Translations under genes and position numbers: made by a program
In this document: positions 1 through 9,475 of the stretch, in pieces
Position numbering within the stretch: the first letter of the stretch is position 1
How the letters are laid out: each line of letters begins with the position of its first letter
Assembly (NCBI GenBank): GCA_036336835.1
Contig: JAYZFK010000038.1
Location: forward strand, 1 to 64,000
Direction: 5' to 3'
Origin: Myxococcota bacterium
Lineage (GTDB): Bacteria > Myxococcota_A > UBA9160 > UBA4427
Length of the DNA stretch: 64,000 nt
The notes under the pieces: generated by a model
Told to the model about the DNA's origin: nothing
Databases searched by the model: none
The model's input: only the letters and a program-made list of their open reading frames with translations

Positions 1-1638
1 ATTGCGCGGCAGAGGCTCGTCGCGCAGCCACACGTAGCGCGGGATCTTGTACCGGGCGATCCGCTCGGCGCAGTGGGCGCGCAGTGCGTCGGCGGTGACG
101 CCCGACCCGGGCCGCGTAACCACCGCCGCGCCGACTTCTTCACCGAGCCGCTCGTCGGGCACCCCGAAGACGGCGCACTCGACCACGTCTGGATGGCTGA
201 ACAGCGCCGATTCGATCTCGGAGCAGTACACGTTCTCGCCGCCGCGCAGCACCATGTCCTTCTTGCGGTCGACGATCTCGATGAATCCGTCGTCGTCGAT
301 CACGGCGATGTCGCCGGTGTGAAACCAGCCGTCGGTGATCGCCTCGGCGGTTTCCGCGGGCTGGTTCCAGTAGCCGGCGACCACCTGCGCGCCCTTCACC
401 CACAGCTCGCCCGGCTTGCCGCCGCCGACGTCGTTGCCTTCGTCGTCGACGCAGCGCGCCTCGAAGCACGGCATTACCGGTCCGACGCTCTCGGGCCTGG
501 CGACGAGATAGTCGGCCGAGTTCGCCGTGATGATGCCGCACGTCTCGGTGAGTCCATAACCGGTGTTGGGCCGGCTTCCGCTCTTGCGGCCCTCGACCTT
601 GTGCACGAGATCGGACTGGAACTTCGCGCCGCCGCCGCCGATCAGTGCGAGGCTCGACGTGTCGCGTTCGTCGAGCTCCGGGTGGCTGAGCAGCTCGCGC
701 GCCATGGTCGGGACCCCGCCGAAGGCGGTCACGCGCTCGCGTTCGATCAGCTGCAAGGCCTCCCCGGCATCCCACTTGTACATCAACACCAGCTTGCCAC
801 CGCCCGCGGTCGCCGCGTGTGCGCCGCAGTTGTTCGCGGTGACGTGGAACAGCGGCGTCGTGAGCAGTGCACATGTCTGCGGCGGCGTGCCGGTGCGCGC
901 CAGCGGCTTCGGCTGGCCCGCGAGCTGGCGCGCGCGGAGCTGCGCCGCACCCCAGAAGGCCATGCTGAACAGGTTGTTGGTACAGCCGCGGTGGGTGAGC
1001 CGAGCGGCCTTGGGCCTTCCCGTGGTGCCGGACGTGTAGAACAGGCACGTGTCCGCATCGGAGTGGATTTCGACCTCTGGAAGCGTTCCACCGCCGAGCA
1101 GCTCGGAGAACGGGGTCACGTCCGCCGGCAGCGGCTCCGGACAGCGCACGCCGACCACGAGCGTCGCCGGAATGTCGCCGCGGATCGCTGCGAGGCGCTC
1201 CAGCCGCTCGGCGTCGCACACCACGACGTCCGGCTGCGAGTCCTGCAGCGCGTAGGCCATCTCGTCGGGGGTCCACCACGCGTTCATCCCGACCGCGATC
1301 GCACCGATCGACACGCTGGCCCAGTAGACGAGCAACCACTCCGGGTAGTTGCGCATTGCGATCGCCACGCGATCGCCCGGCTCCACGCCCCGCGCGACGA
1401 GCCATGCGGCAATCGAGGCGACGTCGCGGTGCGCGTCGGCGTACCTCCAGCGCTCGTCCGCGTAGACCAGGTAGTCGGCTTCGGCGTGCGACGCCGATCC
1501 CAGCCACACGTGGCGCAGCGTCGGCGGCGCGTTGACGAAGGCGCGCAGGCGTACACCGCGCACCTCGACCTCCGCGACCTCGAACGGGGCGCCCGGGCTC
1601 GTGAGCTCGGCCCAGGCCTGGCGCAGCTCGCCGTACAT
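1..1638 (-). CDS. Class I adenylate-forming enzyme (long-chain acyl-CoA ligase), 3' end beyond window
   Basis: ATG at 1638, MYGELRQAWAELTSPGAPFEV; motifs GDRVAIAMRNYPEW, FYTSGTTGRPK, GYGLTET, WFHTGDI; open to the window edge, so absent from the ORF track. Confidence 0.9.
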   Translation of the reverse strand, partial: MYGELRQAWAELTSPGAPFEVAEVEVRGVRLRAFVNAPPTLRHVWLGSASHAEADYLVYADERWRYADAHRDVASIAAWLVARGVEPGDRVAIAMRNYPEWLLVYWASVSIGAIAVGMNAWWTPDEMAYALQDSQPDVVVCDAERLERLAAIRGDIPATLVVGVRCPEPLPADVTPFSELLGGGTLPEVEIHSDADTCLFYTSGTTGRPKAARLTHRGCTNNLFSMAFWGAAQLRARQLAGQPKPLARTGTPPQTCALLTTPLFHVTANNCGAHAATAGGGKLVLMYKWDAGEALQLIERERVTAFGGVPTMARELLSHPELDERDTSSLALIGGGGAKFQSDLVHKVEGRKSGSRPNTGYGLTETCGIITANSADYLVARPESVGPVMPCFEARCVDDEGNDVGGGKPGELWVKGAQVVAGYWNQPAETAEAITDGWFHTGDIAVIDDDGFIEIVDRKKDMVLRGGENVYCSEIESALFSHPDVVECAVFGVPDERLGEEVGAAVVTRPGSGVTADALRAHCAERIARYKIPRYVWLRDEPLPRN

Positions 1639-1672
1639 GGGGTGCAGTCTACCCCGGGGGCGCGCTGCGCGA

Positions 1673-1701
1673 TTGACGGGTCTCGCCATCTGGGTCAGGC
1701 T
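1673..1701 (+). promoter_or_regulatory. Candidate sigma70 promoter for the riboswitch-btuB transcript
   Basis: TTGACG-N17-CAGGCT just upstream of the riboswitch. Confidence 0.4.
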
Positions 1702-1710
1702 CCGCGCCGT

Positions 1711-1918
1711 TTCGAGAGGTGCTCGCGCCGCGTCCGGCTGACGCGGTGCGGGAGAATAGGGAAGTGAGGTGGGAGGAGCGCAGCTCCTCGATTCCTCCGC
1801 GGTCGCGCCGCCGTAAGGGGTGGAACCGGGTCAACAGCCATTGCGCCGCTCGCAACGAGCGGAGCGAGAAGGCGGCCCGGTTCGTCGAGCCCCGAGCCGG
1901 AAGACCTGCCTCTTCGAG
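1711..1918 (+). ncRNA. Cobalamin riboswitch
   Basis: AGGTG...AATAGGGAAGTGAGGTG...CGGTCGCGCCGCCGTAA...GCCATTG...GAAGGC...GAGCCGGAAGACCTGCC (B12 box), upstream of a TonB-dependent receptor. Confidence 0.92.
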
Positions 1919-2055
1919 AACGCTGTGGGTGTCCTCGCGCATTGGACCTCGGCGGGCCGGACTCGACCTCCCCAAGCGGGTCGCGACCCCGTGGAAGCGC
2001 GCGGATCCCGGTTTCGGGGACCGCCCGCCGCGATTTGCGGGCAGGCGCACTACGA

Positions 2056-3999
2056 ATGACCCGCATCGACCCACTCGCGCTGGCCGCGAGGCTGGCTTGC
2101 CTGGCGCTCTCACTGCCCGCATCCGCCGGCGAGGTGGCCTCGACCGGCGTCGAGCCGCCTGACGAGACGATCGTCATCACCGCCACGCGAACGTCGAAGT
2201 CGATCGGTCGCGTGGGCAGCAGCATCACGGTGATCGACGCCGCCGAGATCGAACGCTACCAGGACCGACTGGTGATCGACGCGCTCGAACGCGTGCCCGG
2301 ACTCACCGTGCGCCGCGACGGCGACCGGCCCGGAGCCCGCACCTCGGTCTTCATTCGTGGCGCCGACTCCGACCAGACGCTGGTGCTGCTCGACGGGGTG
2401 CGGTTGCACGATCCGTCCGCACCGAACCGGGAGGCCTTCCTGGATCATCTGGGGGTCGAGGACATCGAGCGGATCGAGGTGTTGGCGGGCCCGCAGAGCG
2501 TCTTGTACGGCTCCGACGCGATCGGAGGCGTGATCAACATCGTCACCCGCCGCGGCGACGGTCCGCCAGCCCCGGCCCTGCGATTCGAGGGCGGCTCCTA
2601 CTCCACGTTCGACACCGTGGCGACCCTGCGCGGCGGCGGCGCACGACACCACTACTCGGCGTCCGTATCGCGCACCGACAGCGACGGCTTCTCGGCGAGA
2701 TCGTCCCCACTGCCGGACGACGACGACGGATACGCGCGCACCAGCGCGTTCGTGCGGCTCGGCCTCGGGGACGAAGTGCTCGGCATCGACGGCTCGTTTC
2801 GCCTGCTCGACGCCGAAACGGAGCTCGATCTTGGAGCGGCCCCCGAGAGCGCGTCGACCGACAGCCGCCAGTACGCACTCGTGGTGGCGCCCCACTTGAC
2901 GCTGCTGGACGGGCGCTGGGAGCAGAAGCTGACCGCGTCGATGCACCGCACCGAGCGTCGGAACGAAGGCTCCGGCTTCTCCTTGCCCACCGCGTTCGAG
3001 GGGGCGCTGTACGAGGTGGACTGGCAGAACGTGGTGCGGCCGGCCGATTGGTTCACGATCGTCCTCGGTGGCCAGTACGAGCACGAGACCGCCGTGTTCG
3101 ACTCGTCGAGTGCCGGCTTGCCCACTCCCCGGTCCGATGCCCAGGCCGACAATGGCGCTGTCTCCATGGATCATCAGGTCGCTCTCGGCGAGTACGTCGA
3201 CGTGACGGCCGGCCTGCGGGTCGACATGCACGAACGCTACGGAGCGCACCTCACCGGCCGGACGACGGCGGCGCTGCGCGTCGGCCAGACCGGGCTGTTG
3301 CTGCACAGCTCGCTGGCGAACGGCTTCAAGGCGCCGACGCTGTCGCAGCTGTTCGACGACAGCTTCGGGTCGGCAAATCCCGACCTCGAGCCGGAGCGCT
3401 CGCTCGGCTGGGACATCGGTGCTCGCCAGCGGCTCGGGAGCCGGGCGAGCCTGGCGATCACATGGTTCGGCAACGAGATCGACGACCTGATCCTCGCCGT
3501 CTTCGATCCCGCGACGGTCACGTTCCGCAACCAGAACGTCGAGTCCGTGCGCACGCGCGGCATCGAGCTGAAGCTCGAGGCGCTCCTGCTGGACGACCGC
3601 CGGTGGCTCGGCGACCTGAGCACACAGCTCGCTTACACGTACATCAGGACCCGGGCGCAGGAGGCCGCGAGCTTCGGAGTGGTCGACGGAGGGCGTCTGC
3701 TCCGGCGGCCCCGGGACGAGGTGTTCTCCGCCTTCAGCTGGACGCCGGTGCCGAGGCTCGAGCTGACGGTCGGGGTGCTGTACGTCGGAGAGCGGCTCGA
3801 CCTCGACCCCGTCTCGTTCCAGACGTTCGAGGCCGATTCGTACGTCAAGGTCGATCTGGCTGTGACGATCGAGGTCACGGATCGACTGAAGCTCTTCGGA
3901 CGCACCGAGAACATCGGCAACACGCAATACGAGGAGGTCGCCGGCTTCGAGACCTCCGGCCGCGCCTACTACGGCGGCTTCCGGATCGACTTCCGCTAG
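2056..3999 (+). CDS. btuB: TonB-dependent cobalamin receptor
   Basis: Signal peptide, TonB box ETIVITATR, plug motifs IRGADSDQTLVLLDG and IERIEVLAGPQSVLYGSDAIGGVINI, B12 riboswitch upstream. Confidence 0.9.
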   Translation: MTRIDPLALAARLACLALSLPASAGEVASTGVEPPDETIVITATRTSKSIGRVGSSITVIDAAEIERYQDRLVIDALERVPGLTVRRDGDRPGARTSVFIRGADSDQTLVLLDGVRLHDPSAPNREAFLDHLGVEDIERIEVLAGPQSVLYGSDAIGGVINIVTRRGDGPPAPALRFEGGSYSTFDTVATLRGGGARHHYSASVSRTDSDGFSARSSPLPDDDDGYARTSAFVRLGLGDEVLGIDGSFRLLDAETELDLGAAPESASTDSRQYALVVAPHLTLLDGRWEQKLTASMHRTERRNEGSGFSLPTAFEGALYEVDWQNVVRPADWFTIVLGGQYEHETAVFDSSSAGLPTPRSDAQADNGAVSMDHQVALGEYVDVTAGLRVDMHERYGAHLTGRTTAALRVGQTGLLLHSSLANGFKAPTLSQLFDDSFGSANPDLEPERSLGWDIGARQRLGSRASLAITWFGNEIDDLILAVFDPATVTFRNQNVESVRTRGIELKLEALLLDDRRWLGDLSTQLAYTYIRTRAQEAASFGVVDGGRLLRRPRDEVFSAFSWTPVPRLELTVGVLYVGERLDLDPVSFQTFEADSYVKVDLAVTIEVTDRLKLFGRTENIGNTQYEEVAGFETSGRAYYGGFRIDFR

Positions 4000-4044
4000 C
4001 GCAGCGCGGGGCTCGGCGGCCTCGGGCTCGCGCCGCCGCGCTAG
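3996..4044. terminator. GC-rich inverted repeat between convergent genes
   Basis: CTAGCGC...GCGCTAG arms include both stop codons; no U tract. Confidence 0.4.
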
Positions 4045-5060
4045 GCCGCACACACGAAGTCGCGCAGCTCGTCGAATCCCGCGCGGGCCAGCGCGTGGCG
4101 GATCTGGCCTCGCGGACCGGCGCCGGCGACCGAGGCGATCAGCTTGCGGCCGCGCAGTGTCGGCAGCGCGTCGGGGCCGACGACCGGCGCGCCGTGGATG
4201 CGCTGGCCGAGACGGCCCGGGTGGAGCTCGACGATGTGCGACGGCGCGCGATCGTGTTCGGCGAGCGCCCGCCGCAGGCTGCGCCCGGTGCCGCCATAGC
4301 CCCAGAGCACGTACTCAGCGGTGTCAGCCAGCAGACCCGTCGCGAGGTGCTCGGCCTTGCACGCGGTGAACGCGGCGTCCGAGTACGCGGGATGGCGGCG
4401 CGAGAGTCGGTTTGGCTCGTCGCGCCAGCCGAGCAGCCGCCGCGGAACCACCCCGAGCTCGTGTCCCGCGGCCAGGATGCGAAGCAGCAGGTCGTAGTCC
4501 TCGGGGAAGCCGCAGTCGCGATAGCCGAGGCGGTCGAGCAGCTCGCGGCGCAGCAGCCAGGTCGGATGTGCGAGCGGGCACTCGACGAACGCATCGCGTC
4601 GGACGTCGCGTTCGCTCCGCATCGAGAGCAGCCAGCGCTCGTAGTCGCGCCGTCCTTCGGTCAGCCGCGCGCGCGGAAACAGCCGCACGTGGCAGCCGAC
4701 GCCGACCAGCTGGGGAGCCTGCCGCAGGGCGTCGAGCTGTGCGGCCAGCCGCTCGCGGTGCATCCAGTCGTCGGCGTCCATGCGGGCAACCCAGGGCGCG
4801 CGGCAGTGCTCGAGCCCGGCCTGCAGGGCCGGGGCGATGCCGCGTCCCGGCCCTGCGACGATCCGGAAGCGCGGGTCGCCCCGTGCGAAGGTCCTGGCGA
4901 TCGCGCGGGTGTCGTCGCGCGAGGCGTCGTCGACCAGGATGCACTCCCAGCGTGTCTCGCTCTGCCGTGCAAGGCTGCGCAGGCAGGCGGCCAGCGTGGC
5001 GGATGCGTCGCGCGCGGGCAGCAGGACGGATACCCGCGGCTCGTCTCGGCCCGTTACCAT
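4041..5060 (-). CDS. Glycosyltransferase family 2
   Basis: VSVLLPARD, ILVDDASRD, ARMDADD, PEDYDL. Confidence 0.9.
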   Translation of the reverse strand: MVTGRDEPRVSVLLPARDASATLAACLRSLARQSETRWECILVDDASRDDTRAIARTFARGDPRFRIVAGPGRGIAPALQAGLEHCRAPWVARMDADDWMHRERLAAQLDALRQAPQLVGVGCHVRLFPRARLTEGRRDYERWLLSMRSERDVRRDAFVECPLAHPTWLLRRELLDRLGYRDCGFPEDYDLLLRILAAGHELGVVPRRLLGWRDEPNRLSRRHPAYSDAAFTACKAEHLATGLLADTAEYVLWGYGGTGRSLRRALAEHDRAPSHIVELHPGRLGQRIHGAPVVGPDALPTLRGRKLIASVAGAGPRGQIRHALARAGFDELRDFVCAA

Positions 5061-5089
5061 TGCGCAACCTCGAGCCGGGAGCCCTGACG

Positions 5090-6328
5090 ATGGATCGACC
5101 CCCGCTGAAGTTCGGCGTCTTTCTGGCGCCCTTCCACCCCGACGACGAGAACCCGACCGAGCAGATCCACCGCGATCTGGCGCTGGTCCAGCAGCTCGAC
5201 GCGCTCGGCTACGAAGAGGCGTGGATCGGTGAGCACCACTCGGCCGGCTTCGAGATCATTCCCTCGCCCGAGCTGTTCATCGCGCACGCCGCCGCGATCA
5301 CGCAGCGCATCCGGCTCGGCACGGGCGTCGTCTCGCTTCCGTATCACCATCCGCTGATGGTGGCGGATCGCATCATGCAACTCGACCACCAGACGCGCGG
5401 TCGGGTAATGCTCGGCTGTGGCCCCGGACAGCTGCCGACCGACGCGTTCATGCTCGGGATCGAGGTCGACCAGCAGCGCCGCATGATGAACGAGGCAATC
5501 GAGGTGATCGAGCCGCTGCTGCGCGGCGAGACCGTCTCGGCGAAGACCGACTGGTTCGAGCTCAACGACGCGCAGGTGCAGCTTCCGCCGGTGCAGTACC
5601 CGCGGCCCGAGATGACGGTTGCATCCGCGATCTCGCCCTCGGGGGCGCGTGCCGCGGGGACCCATGGACTCGGGCTGCTGTCGCTCGCGGCGAGCGGGCC
5701 GGAGGGCTTCGAGCAGCTTCCCAAGCACTGGCAGGTGTGTGAGGAGAAGGCGCTCGAGCACGGTCGGTCGGTTGACCGCCGCAACTGGCGCCTGGTGGTC
5801 CCGATGCACATCGCCGAGACACGCGAGCAGGCGCACGCCGACATGGAGTACGGCTCGCTGCGGCTCGCGCGCTACATGGAGTACCTCGGCGGCGCGGCGC
5901 CGCCCTGGGCCAGCTCGACGCGCAAGATGCTCGACGAGTGGACGGGACCCGGGCTGATCGTGTTCGGACGTCTGACGCTCGGCACGCCCGAGGATGCGGT
6001 CGCCACGATCGAATCGCTGATCGAGCGCTCGGGAGGCTTCGGGACCGTGCTGTTGCTGGGTCACAACTGTGCCAGCCCGGCGGCCACGACCAGGAGCTAC
6101 GAGCTGATCGCGCGCAGCGTGATGCCCGAGATCAATGGGATGAACCGCAACCGGAAGCGCAGCATGGAGTGGGCGCGCCGCAACAGCGGGCGTTTCATCC
6201 CCGCGATGATGGGCGGCATCACGAACGCAATCGCCGATCACGAGAAGGAGCGCGCCGAGCGCGGTGGCAGCGGGACGGCCTGGGTGCCTGGAGGTGCCCC
6301 CAGCGGCGGCACCGAGTCCGCGGACTGA
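5090..6328 (+). CDS. LLM-class flavin-dependent oxidoreductase (limonene monooxygenase-like)
   Basis: KFGVFLAPFH, AWIGEHHS, IRLGTGVVSLPYHHP; GGAG upstream of the ATG. Confidence 0.9.
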   Translation: MDRPPLKFGVFLAPFHPDDENPTEQIHRDLALVQQLDALGYEEAWIGEHHSAGFEIIPSPELFIAHAAAITQRIRLGTGVVSLPYHHPLMVADRIMQLDHQTRGRVMLGCGPGQLPTDAFMLGIEVDQQRRMMNEAIEVIEPLLRGETVSAKTDWFELNDAQVQLPPVQYPRPEMTVASAISPSGARAAGTHGLGLLSLAASGPEGFEQLPKHWQVCEEKALEHGRSVDRRNWRLVVPMHIAETREQAHADMEYGSLRLARYMEYLGGAAPPWASSTRKMLDEWTGPGLIVFGRLTLGTPEDAVATIESLIERSGGFGTVLLLGHNCASPAATTRSYELIARSVMPEINGMNRNRKRSMEWARRNSGRFIPAMMGGITNAIADHEKERAERGGSGTAWVPGGAPSGGTESAD

Positions 6329-6341
6329 GCGGGCGTCAGTC

Positions 6342-8057
6342 GTGACGTTGGCCGCGCTGCTCCTGGCGGCTCCTGCGATCTACTGGCTGATCGGGCTCGG
6401 CTGTCTCGAGCTGCTGGGCCGCTCGCGCGAGCGGACGCCGCTCGCGCCGTTGCTCGGATTCGCGGTCGCGGGCTGGGTGCCACAGCTGGCGCTCGGGCTG
6501 GGTGGCGTCCCCCATTTCACTCCGGTCGTGCTCGGCGTGCTCGCGTTGCTTCCGTTCCGGTCGCCGCGAGAGCTGTGGCGCCCGGATGCGGCCCGCAGCT
6601 TCCTGTTATTTGGCTTCTGTTATGCGATCAGTGTCACGATCTTCGCAGTCGCGCCGATGCCCGCGCTCGGCCTGTGGGGCACGGACTGGGCGATGTACCT
6701 GCGCGCCGGTCCCGCGCTGCTCGAGTACGCTGCGGACCCGTCGGCGCTCAGCGCAGCGCGTCCGCTGCCCGAGCTGCTCGCGTCGCGCCCCCGGCTGTTC
6801 GCATCGCGCCCGCACCTGTTCAGCACGGCGATCAGTCCGATCGCGGGCTGGGCATCGCCGTTGATCGTTCTGGAGATTGCAGCGTCCGTCGCGGCGGCGA
6901 GCCTGGTCTCGGCGCTCGGCTTCGTGGCGCGCCGGCTCGGGCGCCCCGAGCCCTCGCTGCTGTGGGCCGGGTTCTTCGTGTCGCTCCCGCTGTTCGGCTA
7001 CCACCTGCTCGCGGTGTGGCCCAAGCTCGCCGCCGCGGGCTGCGTACTGGTCGCGCTGGCCGAGGCTTATGCGCATCGCCAGAGTGGGCGCGCGACGGAT
7101 CTCGTCTGGTCGTGGATGTGGATGGGATTCGCGATTGCCGCCCATCACTCCTCGGCGCTGTACCTGCCGCTGTTGCTGGCGGTCATCGCGACTGGCCGAG
7201 GCGCGAGCCGGAGGTTGCGTTGGCGTGCGATGGCCGGGTCGCTCGGCATCGGCGCCGGGGTGCTGTTCGTGACCGCGGGCGTCTACGAGCTGTGGGCTCT
7301 CGCGCACCTCGGTGCTGCCGCGCGGATCGCCAACAACCCCGCGATCCACCAGGCGTCGAGCTTCGAGCCGGGCTTCCTGCTGACGAAGTCGCTCAAGCAG
7401 CTGTTCCTGGCCGTCGTCGGCGGCAGCTTCCCGGAGATTTTGCGCAACCTCGCTCGAGCTGGCGGAGCCGGCTCGACGCCGGTTGCACTCGGTCATCTGA
7501 GCATCGCCGTCTCGAGCTGGCTGGTGTTCCTGGCCGGGACGTTCGTGGGCAATCTGCTGCCGCTGGGGATCGCTGCGCGGCGGCAGATCGCGGTCGCCTG
7601 GCGGGACTTCCGCGGCCACGAGCTCTTCGGGCCGGTGTCGCTCGGCGCCGGCCTGGCGCTGGTCGCGTCGGCGTTGCTCGCCCCAATCCTTCATCTGAGC
7701 GCGGCGCAGCTGGGCGCGACGCCGATCTGCGTGGCGCTCGTCTACTTCGCCTCGTCACCGCCGACCGCCGGACCGCGTGCTCTACGCGCCGCACTGGGCG
7801 TATCGCTCGCGCTGGGGGCGCTGCCCTTCGCCCTGCATCTGCTGGCCACGCGCGTCGCCTTCGCGCGCGCCCTGTCGGGAGACCGCGAGCTGCTCGACTG
7901 GTTCGTGCGGTTCGAAGGCGACACGCAGCTCGTGCTGTCACTCGATGCGACGTCGCTCGCGCAGGCGGCGACGCCGCTGGTCTGGGTCGCGATCGCAACC
8001 CTGGTCGCGCTTCCGCTCTGGCTGCGCCGACGACTTGGCGAGAGCGCCGAGAGCTGA
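6342..8057 (+). CDS. Polytopic membrane protein, probable GT-C fold
   Basis: Many hydrophobic segments; WGTDW loop after the early TM helices; VWPKL motif; start uncertain. Confidence 0.6.
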   Translation: MTLAALLLAAPAIYWLIGLGCLELLGRSRERTPLAPLLGFAVAGWVPQLALGLGGVPHFTPVVLGVLALLPFRSPRELWRPDAARSFLLFGFCYAISVTIFAVAPMPALGLWGTDWAMYLRAGPALLEYAADPSALSAARPLPELLASRPRLFASRPHLFSTAISPIAGWASPLIVLEIAASVAAASLVSALGFVARRLGRPEPSLLWAGFFVSLPLFGYHLLAVWPKLAAAGCVLVALAEAYAHRQSGRATDLVWSWMWMGFAIAAHHSSALYLPLLLAVIATGRGASRRLRWRAMAGSLGIGAGVLFVTAGVYELWALAHLGAAARIANNPAIHQASSFEPGFLLTKSLKQLFLAVVGGSFPEILRNLARAGGAGSTPVALGHLSIAVSSWLVFLAGTFVGNLLPLGIAARRQIAVAWRDFRGHELFGPVSLGAGLALVASALLAPILHLSAAQLGATPICVALVYFASSPPTAGPRALRAALGVSLALGALPFALHLLATRVAFARALSGDRELLDWFVRFEGDTQLVLSLDATSLAQAATPLVWVAIATLVALPLWLRRRLGESAES

Positions 8058-9475
8058 TGCAAGACGAGCGCCTGGCAGCCTGGATCACGGCGCTGGCGCT
8101 CGCAATCGGCCTGATCTTGCGCGTCCAGGGGATGCTCAGCGAGTACTGGTTCGACGAGCTCTGGAGCACCAGCATTGCGCTCAGCGCCTCCGGAATCGCC
8201 GACCTGTACGCGCGAGCGCACGACAACAACCATCTGCTCAACACGCTCGTGATCCACTGGATCGGTCCGCGCGACGGTTGGCTCGCCTACCGCAGCCTGG
8301 CCTTCGGTGCGGGTCTGCTGTTGCTGGCCGCGGCCGTCTTCGAGCGCGGTCGCACGCCCGGCGAGCGCGCCGTCCGCGCGCTACTGCTCGGGAGCTCGCC
8401 GCTGGTGGTGCTGCTCTCGACCGAGGCGCGCGGCTACGCGCCTGCGTTGGCGGCAGCACTCGGCGCGTGGGCCGTGTTGCGGCGGCGCCTCGAGTCGGGT
8501 GGTCTGGCGCCGCTGCTCGCGTTCAACGCGCTGCTGCCGCTCGGGCTGCTTTCCCACCTGGTCTTCGTGCACGTCTACCTCGCGTCGCTCGCGTACGCCG
8601 TTGCAGTATTGCGCGCGCGCGCCGACGGTGCGCGCCCCGTGCTGCGCGAGCTCGCCCTGCTGTTCGGGCTGCCCGGAGTCCTGGCTGCGCTTCACGGCGT
8701 GTTCTTCGTCGCGCGCATGGAGACGGGTGGCGGACCGGAGTTCGGCGCGCTCGAGTTCGTCACCCGCGTGGTCGCGTTCACCTATGGGGTTCCCGAGTGG
8801 AGCTGGCTGTGTGCGGGGCTCGCGGCCGTCGGCGTTGGCGTGTTCGGGAGCCACCTCGCGCGTGGGATGCGGGCGGGAGACCCGCGCTGGCTGTTCGACC
8901 TGGTGATCGTCGTGGTCTCCCCCTTACTTCTCGTGTTGCTGTTCGATCCCGGCGTGATCGCGGTGCGCTACTTCGCGCTGCAGATCGTCTTCTTCCTGCT
9001 GGCGTTCGCCGACCGGCTGGCCGCCTGGCTGGCGCAGCCGGGCACGCCGCGGCTCGCTGCGCTCGGCCTGCTCGCCACTCTGCTGGTCGGGAATGCCACC
9101 CATCAGCTCGCGTTTGCACGCACCGGACGCGGGCAGTATGTCGCCGCATTGCGCGCGATGGCGGCCGCCGAGCCCGGCAGCGGCGAGATCCGCGTCGCCG
9201 CCGATCACGACTCGCGCGCGCGCCTGCTCGTCGGCTACTACGCCCGCTTCGTCGACCGGCCGATCCGCTTCGTCCGGCGGGGCGAGACGAGCGAGCTCGA
9301 GCCGGGCTGGTTCATCGACCACGAGGTCCACCCGCGAGACCCGCCGCCGACCCAGATCACGGTCCTCGGCCGGTCGTATCAGCTGGTCGGTCGCCACGAC
9401 TTCGCGTACCTGTCGGGCTTTCGCTGGAATCTCTACCGCTTCGTGTCCGAGGTGTCCGACGAGTCCAACGAGTAG
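8057..9475 (+). CDS. GT-C membrane glycosyltransferase (PMT/ArnT-like)
   Basis: TGATG coupling to the upstream gene; YWFDELWS, HDNNH, EARGYA; multiple TM segments. Confidence 0.75.
   Translation: MQDERLAAWITALALAIGLILRVQGMLSEYWFDELWSTSIALSASGIADLYARAHDNNHLLNTLVIHWIGPRDGWLAYRSLAFGAGLLLLAAAVFERGRTPGERAVRALLLGSSPLVVLLSTEARGYAPALAAALGAWAVLRRRLESGGLAPLLAFNALLPLGLLSHLVFVHVYLASLAYAVAVLRARADGARPVLRELALLFGLPGVLAALHGVFFVARMETGGGPEFGALEFVTRVVAFTYGVPEWSWLCAGLAAVGVGVFGSHLARGMRAGDPRWLFDLVIVVVSPLLLVLLFDPGVIAVRYFALQIVFFLLAFADRLAAWLAQPGTPRLAALGLLATLLVGNATHQLAFARTGRGQYVAALRAMAAAEPGSGEIRVAADHDSRARLLVGYYARFVDRPIRFVRRGETSELEPGWFIDHEVHPRDPPPTQITVLGRSYQLVGRHDFAYLSGFRWNLYRFVSEVSDESNE

Noticed and set aside
73..1767. 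564-aa plus-strand ORF and many similar long ORFs (e.g. 2110-4053, 14299-16755, 17916-21176, 51435-54590)
   Set aside because: Antisense or off-frame shadows of real genes in high-GC DNA; R/A/G/P-rich with no family motifs
9433..9475. 43-bp convergent overlap of two GT-C genes
   Set aside because: Short 3' overlaps are common in high-GC genomes
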